This document shows, one piece after another, positions 23,101-35,100 of a stretch of 64,000 bases of DNA. The stretch comes from Mobula hypostoma (Eukaryota), in the NCBI RefSeq assembly GCF_963921235.1, contig NC_086107.1, positions 100,814,001 through 100,878,000 of the forward strand, in the 5' to 3' direction. Each line of letters starts with the position of its first letter. The first letter of the stretch is position 1. The translations under genes were made by a program, and so were the position numbers. The notes under the pieces were generated by a model. That model worked only from the letters and a program-made list of their open reading frames with translations, was not told the DNA's origin and searched no databases.

Positions 23101-26100
23101 CATGCAGTTTGATCTTAGTTTCCTTAATTAAATAACTCATATGTTTGAATATATCTATTATTCTAATTATTAGTGTAAATACGGAATGCTCTTCCTCCAA
23201 GAGGATGTATATGCTGCTGGAGGGCAGGATATTATTAAGCACTTGTTAGGAAGAAGTATCAAAATTTATGTAGCAAAGGTGGGCAGATGGTATAGGAGTA
23301 CAGATCAGCCAATTGTTGAACAGTTTTAATGTGTTGAATGACCTACTTCTGTTCCTAAATATTGCATGTATTACAATGAAACCTTTCCCTACAGGTAAAG
23401 GAGGAACCATTGTCTCCCCCCACCCTTGGTATGCTGGACAGCTCCCGGATTCTTCTGTGCACCCTCACCTTTCTGTGTCTTTCTTTCAATCCACTTGCTT
23501 CACTGTTTGAACATCGAGTCCATCCACCAGCACTTGAAGATTCCGGACATTCTGGTAGAAGTATGCTTGGAATTGAGGCTGGTAAGCATTCCTTTAACAA
23601 ATGATCTTTGAAATTGGTTTCCTATTTACCCACCAAAATTATCTCATATGTCCCCTTTGCGTGAGCATGTAGTTCTAATGGCTTCTACCTGTCTTTCTCC
23701 TTAAACTCTCCCATCTCCTTTATTTACCTATTCCATCTGTTCTTGAATGTTAAGACTTAAACATTCCTGCATCAATCACTAACCTTGTCAATAAATTTCA
23801 CAGCTATGAGGAGAACAATATTTTGCTCTTTGTTCTAAATTTTGTATTTTAGTCCTAAATTCATGCTCCTCAGTTACAGGAATGTTTGGTTATTATCTCT
23901 TAATCTCAGAACTTGGAGGAAGAAAATAATTCTTCCAGGTATTTTTAAATTTGTATTTCGCTATTCTAGGCAGCAATCCAGTGAATGAGAAGTATACCCA
24001 CCTCTGAAGTCTCAATATGATTCCTATAGTGTCAAGTTCAATACTGCACACAGTAACTGAATATCCTTTATATTTATAGGTTCAGTATGTTGTAAAACTA
24101 TGCTTTCATCAGTTTTTGTTCAACGCCTTCAAATTGCTATCTGTAATATCCTATAGACCTCAACCCTCTCATTTCTCATCTGACCCAGAGAATTCAGTAT
24201 TTAAATTTAGCTCATACTCTCATCTTAACAATATTCAAGCATTTTTGTCTTCAGAAAAATTCAGTATCTGGGTATCTACTGCAAATTTGGGCATTCTCAC
24301 TTTTGCGCTATATCTAAATCATTGATGAATCCATTAAACAGATGTGATCCTAAAACGGAACCAATCTTTGCACCCTCAACTACACTTGTAGCCACTCTGA
24401 AAATCTATCTGTAGTTATATTTTTCCCTTAATAATCTTCCTCTTAAAACCAATCTTCCCTCAGCAGCTGGAGCATTTTTTTACCTCTAGTAATCTTATCA
24501 CAGTGCTATCGTATCACAGGCAGAGTGTCCATGATCACAGCAGTTTCACAGTCCACTGTATCTGTTACTTCCAAGTAATTCTAGGAGTTGTGCTATGCAC
24601 AGTTCCTTTTGAAATAATGTTGGACATACCTATTTTCCGTAACAAGGTCATCTCATCCTTACTTGAAAGGTTTTGAAATTTTCCATCCATAGGGTGTTGA
24701 GAAACCTGCCCTGTAATAACATGGATTACCCCTCCCTCTTTTCAAAACGTTTGGTTATTTTCTGTTTGTCTATCCATTTCGCATCCAATCTCAACATAGC
24801 CTGAAATATAATTTCTGAACCCTCTGTATTTTACTCATCTAACAGGATATATTCTGCTAGAATCTAGCAATTTTTCTGCCATCAACCTAACCAAATATTG
24901 CAGTCTTCCTTTTGCCTGTTACTAGATCTGTCATCTTTCTGTGAATATTTTCACCTCTAATAAGCTTAATAAAGGCTAAAATATTTATTAAATCTTTCTG
25001 ACAGTTTTTGTTCACCACTTATTAAGTTTCATTTGTTTCTCAATACATCTGATTTTAAACATGCGTTTCTTTCTGGTATCTTAGTGAAGTATTTTGCACT
25101 TCACTCATATTTATCAAATAGCTGCCTCTTAGTTTTATCTTGGCTTATTTGTGTTTCAATCTATTATTTTCCTACATGTTTTGTTTTCACTACAACAATG
25201 GTGCTGTGGGGGAAGGGTGATGGAAAACAACAGGCAGTTTGACCTCTCTTGCCTGTTCTGCCAGTCAGTAAGGACATAGATCATCTTTTACCACAGCACC
25301 ACTTTCCTGCATGAACTCCATATTGCTTGAATCCCTTAATATCTGAAAATCTAGCAATCCTTTTCTTGAATAAACTCGGTTTATGAGACTCCATAGACCT
25401 TGTGGATAGAGAATAGTAACAATTCACTACCCCATACCCTCTGTGTATCTTCCTTCCTCCTTGACTGAACATTTTCATAGTCATAGTCATACTTTATTGA
25501 TCCCGGGGTTGTTTAATTTAAAGGAACACTCCTAGTAGCTTTCCTCCTCGGTGCATTGCTGTACTCAAATTTCAGACTGCACTTCGTCAACTTGAAGCCC
25601 AAGTTCCTTAAGCTCCAGGTGTGATTGGCATGAATGCCAGTGGTTTCTATTACCTTGCTCATTTAACTTCTGCATCAGTTCCATCAGTTCACTAGTGTTG
25701 CCATAATTGTCTTTTTTTAAAAATTTAATTCCTACGCCATCATTTTAACTCACCGACCCTGCACTTTGGGGACACCGTGCTGAAAAACATTGTGTTTTTC
25801 TGGACACACAAATTCAGTTTCCTGGGCACTACTAGAGTGACGACTTCAATTAAGCAACTCTACCTGGTAACTCAATAACCTGGAGACCAAAGCCTACCTG
25901 TTTGCCACTTTACATCATTGAATGGCTGCAGACACTGCTGTTATAGATAACCACAATGAGAATATGTTAGTTTTAATGATTTGTTAATATTGCTTTTGTT
26001 GTAAATTTCTACCAATAATATAACAAGTGCTCTGAAGCAATTAGGCATCATCAGTTTTAGTTTTTGAAATAAATCGTTTCTATTTTAGAAGAGTCCAAAG

Positions 26101-29100
26101 GCTGGTTTGATTGGATGCTCCCCACCCTAATCCTCTGGCTGGTGAATGGCGTCATTGTGCTGAGTGTATTTGTGAAACTCTTCATTTACGGTGAACCCAT
26201 CACGCGTCTCCATTCTCGGTCCTCTGTCACATTCTGGAGGCACCGCAAGCAAGCAGATCTGGACTTGGTCAGAGTAAGTATTACACTTGAAAAATACGGA
26301 CACTGGAAATGTGATCTAAAAACAGGCATTGACTAGAAATGCTCAGCAGGTTGGGCAGTGCCTGTGAGTAGAGGAACGGTAAACATTTCAGGTCAGTAAC
26401 CCCTTATTGACCTGAATCGTCAACTCTGATTCTCTGTGAATGGATGGTGATTAACGTGCAGTATACTTCCATATTTTTACTCTCGTTGTGGATTACATTT
26501 GATTGGGACATAAGCGAGATAATCATGACTCTAGAAAACGTGTTACATGTAAATCCCTTGTAATGATCTCAAGCATCCTTAAAATCTGACTTTATACAAA
26601 TTAGAGGGCTACTAAATACTTCTATAACAATTAAAAAGAGACAAGATCTGTGAGCAGTGGTGTTCTGCAGGGACCTCTGTAATTTATGGTATATCAGTGA
26701 CCTGGATGAAAATGTAGGTGGGTGAATCAGCAAGTTTTCACACGACACCCTCAGATACAAGAGCAGAATTAGGCCATTCGGCCCCTCAACTCTGCTCCAC
26801 CATTCCATCATGGCTGGTTTATTATCCCTCTCAACACCATTATATGAAGGGAGTGGGGGAATAACAGGATACAGTAGGGCATATTGTATAAATTGGCATC
26901 AAGACCAGCACAGTGCTGAGGGCTGAATGGCCTGTCTCATGCTGTATTGTTCTGTGTTCTATGAAAACAGGCTTTAAAGTCCGGGGGGGGGGTGTGGGGG
27001 GAGGAGAGAATGGGGGATGGTAGTAGCAGCTTTTGTGGTCTTTTTAGGCATCCGTTAGTCTCATGAGACCATGGATTTGCGCCTTGGAAGGTTTCCAGGG
27101 CGCAGGCCTGGGCAAGGTTGTATGGAAGACTGGCAGTTGCCCATGCTGCAAGTCTCCCCTCTTCACGCCACTGATGTTGTCCAAGGGAAGGGCATTAGGA
27201 CCCATACAGCTTGGCACCAGTGTCGTCGCAGAGCAATGTGTGATTAAGTGCCTTGCTCAAGGACACAACACGCTGCCTCAGCCAAGGCTCGAACTAGTGA
27301 CCTTCAGATCACTAGACAAACGCCTTAACCACTTGGCCACGTGCCAACACAAGCTTTGGTGATAATGATCATTGAATCAAAGTCACCCGACTGAGACTCA
27401 AGTCTCAAGCTTGGTGGTCTTGGTGTAGTATGGGTGTCTGAGCAAGTTGTTCAGTCCTTTGGAGATGTGCTAATTCAGACAGTGTACTGGGAAGACCATG
27501 TACAGAGTGATTAATGATGGGCACTCGTGGAAAATGCGATCCAAGATCCTGAAATGCATTGAAAAGACTGTTACGTGGGAAACAATATTGTCCCTTATAT
27601 CCTCAGTTTGGAAATTGCATCTGTAAGTCCCTAGCTTTGTGATACAAAAAGTCCTAGGAATCCTTGTTTACGTGTTTCCCTCTAGAAGTAAATAAAATGA
27701 TTTCTTAGTTGCTTAACATGAACAGAAAATGCAGTTGAATTTCTGGCATCACTGAGACATATGTCTGCAGACACTGGAATCTAGAGCAATATTCAGTCTT
27801 GGAGGAACTTGGCGGCTGACCGGTTGGGGCAGGGGAGGAGAGGAATTGTCAATGTTTTTGGGTTGAAACCCTGCATCAAGACTGAGAGGGAAGATGGCCA
27901 GCATGGCGATTAATGAGATGGGAATTGAAGGTGATAGGTGAGCTGAGGAGAAGTGGAAGATGGCAGGCAAGTTGTGCCAGGTAGGGGACGGTGGAGGGAA
28001 TTGGTAGACAGTGGCATATGAATGATGGGTGGAAGCTGACAAATAGGAAAAAAACTGAGAGGCCTATGGAATGAGGTGGCAGTGGAGAAGTGTGAAGGCT
28101 GAAGACAGCTCCTAGAGCAGGAGTTCCCAACTTTTTTAAAGCCATGGAGCCTTGCCGTTAACCAAGGGGTCTGTGGACCCCGGGTTTAGAACCCGTGTCC
28201 TAGAGAGAGATAAGCAAGAATACCAAGGTCTGTCAGTACTGGAATCTGCAAAGTAAAGAAGGTGATAAATGGGAACCATAAGAGAAGAGGTGAATGGCAC
28301 TTGGAACCAGAGCCAGATATGGTGGGGAGTGGGTATGAGACCCTGTGGATGTGTAGTGGTGGATAAATCCAGGAGTGAGATGGGGACACAGATGGATGAT
28401 GGGGCTGCAGTGTGGTTTTGCTGGGGAAGGAGGCAAAAATTGGAAGACCAAAGGAAAGAGAAGGAGAAGGGTAAAAAAAAAACACTGGGCTTCTTAAAAT
28501 TGGTTCCCTTCCACCAACCCCACTGCCAATCCTGGTGTTGTATCTCTCAGTAATTTGTTTACAATTTACAATTCTACTCTTGCTGAGAGTAAGGACACCT
28601 TTGTTATGTTCCCAGAAAAAATTTTAGCAGTCAACTCCTAATTCTGTTATTATTCTTCAGGGCTGCTCATGCTACCTATGTGCAGTCTATCTAAGCATTG
28701 CTGTAACTATAGTGATATGTAATACAATGCATATTGCTTTCCTTTGTTATTATTTCTTATTACCTTATTTAAACTTTCTGGATAAAGGGGTTTCTTGTGA
28801 AGAACTAATATTCTTACTGAGTTTTTTTTAACTGAAAGCTGACCTTTTCATGCTTTTTAAAACTTTTTTTAAAACCAAAAGGAGTCATCTACAAACCCCA
28901 TTTCCAGAAAAGCTGGGATATTTTCCAAAATGCAATAAAAACAAAAATCTGTGATGTGTTAATTCACGTGAACCTTTATTTAACTGACAAAAGTACAAAG
29001 AAAAGATTTTCAATAGTTTTACTGACCAACTTATTTGTATTTCGTAAACATACACAAATTTAGAATTTGATGGCTGCAACACACTCAACAAAAGGAAGTT

Positions 29101-32100
29101 GGGACAGAGGCACGTTTACCATTGTGTTACATCACCTTTCCTTTTAGTAACACTTTTTAATCGTTTTGGAACTGAGGATACTAATTGTAGTAGATTTGCA
29201 ATTGGAAATTTTGTCCATTCTTGCTTGATATAAGAGTTCAGCTGCTCAACAGTCCGTGGTCTCCGTTGTCTGATTCTCCTCTTCATGATGCGCCATACAT
29301 TTTCGATAGGAGATAGATCTGGACTGGCAGCAGGCCAGTCAAGCACACGCACTCTGTGTCTACAGAGCCACGCTGTTGTAGCCCGTGCAGAATGTGGTCT
29401 GGCATTGTCCTGCTGAAATAAGCATGGACGTCCCGGGAAGAGACGTCGCCTTGATGGCAACATATGTCTCTCTAAAATCCTAATATACGCCTCAGAGTCA
29501 ATGGTACCTTCACATACATGCAACTCACCCATGCCGTGGGCACCGATGCACCCCCATACCATCACAGATGCTGGCTTTTGCACCTTTCGCTGATAACAAT
29601 CTGGATGGTCATTTTCATCTTTGGCATGGAAAACTCGACGCCCGTTTTTTCCGAAAACTAGCTGAAATGTGGACTCATCTGACCACAGCACACGGTTCCA
29701 CAGTCTTTCGGTCCATCTGAGATGAGCTCAGGCCCAGAGAACTCACCGGCCTTTCTGCATAGAGTTGATGTATGGCTTCCTCCTTGCGTAATACAGTTTC
29801 AAGTTGCATTTCTGGATGCAGTGACGGACTGTGTTGAGTGATAATGGTTTTCCGAAGTACTCCCGAGTCCAGGTGGTTATAATTGTCACAGTAGCATGAC
29901 GGTTTCTTAGGCAGTGCCGCCTGAGGGCTCGAAGATCACGTGCGTTCAACAGTGGTTTCTGACCTTGCTCTTTACACACCGAGATGTCTCTGAATTCTCT
30001 GAATCTTTTCACAATATTATGTACTGTAGATGTTGAAAGACCTAAATTCTCTGCCGTCTTGCTTTGAGAAATGTTCCTTTTGAATTGACTAACAATTCTC
30101 TCACGAATTTTGGCACAAAGGGGTGAGCCACGACCCATCCTTGCTTGCAAAGACTGAGCCTTTGATGGATGCTACTTTTATACCCAGTCATGATACCTCA
30201 CCTGCTACCAATTAGCCTGCTTAATGTGGAGTCTTCCAATCCGGTGTTACTTGAATATTATGTGCACTTTTCAATCTTATTTTAACTCTGTCCCAACTTT
30301 TGTTGAGTGTGTTGCAGCCATCAAATTCTAAATTTGTGTGTATTTACAAAATACAATTAAGTTGGTCAGTAAAACTATTTAAAATCTTTTCTTTGTACTT
30401 TTGTCAGTTAAATAAAGGTTCACATGAATTAACATATCACAGATTTTTGTTTTTATTGCATTTTGGAAAATATCCCAACTTTTCTGGAATTGGGATTTGT
30501 ACATTATTATGGACCTGTAATAAAATGGGAAACTATTTTCATGTACATTAGTTAAGGTTTTATGGTCTTTTACTTCAATGGAGTTGTACCTACAACTGAA
30601 TAATATTCTTTTTCAACTGCAGCCTTTAGTCTCTTTTTATTCCTTGTTTTTTTTCCTACTCTCAGTTAATGTACTTTTGTTAAATATTGCAAGTAATCAA
30701 CTTTCTTTGGACCTTTGAAGTTTGGGCTGTACTGATGGAGGATGTATCTAATGGACGTACATTCCGCTCTTTGCTCTCCAGACCTTTTATAGCAATGATA
30801 CCTGGAGGACTAGATACACTGTTAGATTTTGGTACATTAACTTTGCAGACTGGGTTTCAAATCCAGAAGAAACCAATCAAGATTATAATCTACTGGCTGT
30901 GAGTCTAATGTGGAATGAATTTTTACAATTTTAACTCACTTCATAGGCAGCGTTGAGTCGCAGCTTCACACTAGTCCCAATGTAGAAATTCCACTCAAAG
31001 TTCACCGGAAAATTGGTTTAGAAAGGATAAAAAGACAGTTAACTTGGTCTAGAACAGGTGTTTTCGAATAGGGGCATATTGTTTTGCAAGGTAGCTGGGA
31101 CTTTAATCTGATTAAGCTGATTTGAAATCTTGCTTATGGAATTCTGACACTGGGTTGTTTTGTAACAAAGGAATCAGTTGCTTGGATAGGCAAAGGATGG
31201 AAGAGCTTAATATAAGATTATGTTAAAGGTTATTGGTGCAAGGATATTATTGGTTACGTTATAATAAAATGTCAAACACACAAGAAAGTTTGTAGATGGT
31301 GGAAATCCAGAGCAACACACACAAAATGCTGGAGGAAATCAGCAGGCCAGGCAGCACGTATGGAAAAGAAGAAACAGTCAACATTTTGGGCCGAGCCCCT
31401 TCATCAGGACTGAAAAGGAAGGGGAGAAGTTAGACTTTTAGGTTTCTCCAGCAATTTTTGTGTGTTATAATAAGTCCTTTGATCAGGAATATGCCACTAA
31501 TGATCATATCATGCATGTTAGGTACATTTACATTAAAATAATTAAGTCAAGGATTTACTTCTCATTACAGGGTGCCTTTATTGCTGCTGCAGGAAACTTA
31601 CAGGCTTGTTTATTGGCACTGGGACGAGCACTGCCAGCTTCCCGGTTAGACCTAGCCTGTAGCCTATGTTGGAATATCATTCGGCATGGCATTCAGAAGC
31701 TGGTGTTTATGCGCTGGCTGCTGAAGTGGACGAGAGGTCTTCGGCAAGAAGCACAGCTTCAAGAAGAAGCCAAGACGAGTGCACGAGATGCTGCACTGGT
31801 ATATCATAAACTCCATCAACTGCAGCTGACAGGTATTGTCAAATGATGAACATGTCTCAATTTATTTGACCAGATTACTTAAGGGAAGGTGGGGTTTAAT
31901 GTTTATGATTGCATGCAATGCTGCTGTTTGCAGAATTTTACAATGCACAAAATGTCTGCTGCAAATGCCCCTATAACAACAGAGAAATTGGGCCATAGTT
32001 GAGACAAACAAGTCAAGTTGTTCTGTTTGAAGTTTTCCAAATTATCCTTTATGTCTTCATTTATTTGTCAGAGGACCTATTCTTGTGACTGGAATTACAC

Positions 32101-35100
32101 CTTAACAAGTGCATCAAAATGCTTCCTATGACAAAAGGCAAAGACTTGAGAAGATTTTATATAGTCTTATTCATTACTTCCTGACTTGTTTATTCTATAC
32201 GCCCTGTGGTAAGGTCTAAAATTCGTTTTTTTGTTTTTAATCCAGAATAGACTCGTACAATTTCTGTGATTGTTACCTTCAAATTCCTTCCAGTCAGAAA
32301 CCAAAATTGCTGTTTGCTTTCTCTATATACCTGTTGGATTAGGGTCTAAATTCAAAGTTCAAATTAAATTTATTATCAAAGTACATATATGTCATCATGT
32401 ACGACCCTGAGATTCATTTTCCTGTGGACATACTCAATAAATCCATAATAGAATCAATGAAAGATCACACCAACTTGGTATTCAATGAATGTGCAGAAGG
32501 CAACAAGTTGTGCAAATACAAAAATAAAGTAATAATAATAAATACTGTAAACATTGAGAACGAGATGAAGAGTCCTTGAAAGAGTCCATAGATTATGGGA
32601 ACATTCGTGATGCAGCAAGTGAAGTTGAGTGAAGTTATCCCCTTTGGTTCAAGAGCCTGATGACTGAGGGGTAATAACTGTTCCTGAACCTGGTGGTGTG
32701 AGTCCTGAGGCTCCTGTACCTTCTCCCTGATGGCTGAGGGGTAACAACTGTTCCTGAACCTGGTGGTGTCAGTCTTGGGGCTCCTGTACCTTCTCCCTGA
32801 TGACAGCAGTGAGAAGAGAGCACGTTCTGTGTGGTGAGGGTCCCTAATGATGGCTGCTGCTTTCCTGTGACAACTTGCTATTTAAATTGTTATTTTTCTT
32901 ATAGTTTAACTTTCTTTATTGTTACCTATGTGTTTGTATAATCACCTGTTTGTAAATTTTCAATAATTTGCAGTGTACTTGCATATGTTCTTGTGTAGTT
33001 TCTTTGCCTGCGAGCCGGAGATGTCTTGGCAGCATTAAGCAAGCCTGACCTTGGTTGACAGACTTTTTGTCAAATGATACTGCATTATCTAACTAGCAGT
33101 ACAAACCAGAACATGAGGTCTCCAGTCCTTTGTTACTTGCCTCTTCTCTTTGTTACTTGCTTGCTAGTACAGGCTGACTCTGTCTGACCATGTAATATGA
33201 AGAACATCTAATAAAATGGTTGTAACAAATAGATTTGCACTTTAATTTTTGACAGCCGAAAGACTGGACAATATGATCTCCAGATGCAACATACCATAAC
33301 TGTCATAATGCACTTAATGACTTAATTCCACTGTAGTCCACCAGCCTTTTGGTTGCAATATTATTGATTATTTTAAATGGAGATACTGAAGCCATATGAT
33401 AAAACTATTAAAATCATGAAAGGTTTGGACAGAATAGTTAGTAACAGATTTCAAATGCTCTGGAAGACTTGAATGTTTTTTGCCACCCTTTACCTGGAAA
33501 CCAATAATCTCCCAATTTTTTTTGCAGTAAAATCAATTTAGCAAAGTTTAGAGCAACAAGCATTGTATTGAAGGGATTTTTTTTTCTCTCTTTTCTTGCA
33601 ATGTAGATAAACTGGTGCAAAGTCCCGCAAGTGCAATCAATCTAGCTCTGTCCGCAGTTAATCTAGCAGAGTGTGCAGAGGAGAAAATCCCCCCAAGTGT
33701 CATGGCAGAAATCTATATAACTGCTGCCATCTGCCTAAAAAGCAACTTTAGTGGCAGATTCTCCTTCCTACTGGTAAGTAGATTCCCTGTGCTGTGCATT
33801 TTGTTATTACAGGTAAATTTATAAGAATGAATTATTTTGCATCTCCTTTTCATGAAGATTTAAAGTGGGGGCCCACCAGGATATGGATACAATGAACCAA
33901 AAGGAGTTTAACTCTGTTAAAGAATATGTAAAATCTGTGTAGGGGGAGTTTAAAAAAAAAAGCTGAAGCCTGAGCCTTTCTGAAGCCAAGAGTACCAGGA
34001 AGTGCACTCAGTAGCCACCTGATTAGGTACCCCCTGTACAGTACCCAATAAAGTGGCCACTGAGTGTATGTGTGTAGTCTGTCTACTTCAAGGTTTGATG
34101 TGTTGTGTGTCAGAGATGTCCTTCTGCACTCGACTGTTGTAACACATGATTATTTGAGTTATTGTTGCCTTCCTGTCAGCTTGAACCGGCCTGGCCATTC
34201 TCCTCTGACCTCTTTCATTAACAAGGCATTTTCACCCACAGAACTGCCACTCGTTGGATGTTTTTTTGCTTTTTTTACATCATTCTCTGTAAACTCTAGA
34301 GATGGTTGTGCATAATGCTTGTAGGAGATCAGCAGTTTCTCAGATACTCAAACCAACACCTCTTGCACATTCATTTCACAGTCAAAGGCTCTACTGATGT
34401 TTGGTCTGAACAACAACAGAACTTTTTGACCACGGCTCCGTGCTTTTGTGCGTTGAGGTGCTGCCGCGTGATTGGCTAATTAGATATTAATGAGTAGGTG
34501 TACCTAAAAAAAAAAGAAAAAGTAGCCACTGTGTGTATGAACATAAGTAGGCCACTTGGTCCCTCTTGATATCTGGCGTTCAATTTATCTGTCCCGTCTC
34601 ACCATCTCTTATGTGCTGGTTCCCAATAGTCCACAATTGCCTGATCCTTAAAACATTATCTACCTTCTCACTATGAAATATGCTGTATACCAAATTATCC
34701 AGCCTTCATAGATCTCTGGAAAAGAGACAAGGTATTCTTCCACATCTCAGTTTTAAATGGCGACCCTTACCTAGTTACCATGTTCCTTTGTTGAAGGTTC
34801 TTCCATTGATGAAAACATTTCAACATATTCCTATTGTTACCCCTTAGGATCGTTAATGCTTCAATAAGATTATCCTCCGTTCTTCTAAACAACAAAGAAT
34901 TTGGATGTGAATTCTTTACTTGCTCATGATTGGGCAACCCTTTCATTCCAGGAATTAGCCCAATGATTCTTGAACTCCTTCCAGTCCTTTCTTAAATAAG
35001 ACAACCAAAAATATGTGGCTTTGTCAAAGTAGTGTATAATTGTAACACTGTTTCCCTGTTTCTAAACCCCAGCCTTACTGCAAAAAGCCCAATGTGCCAA

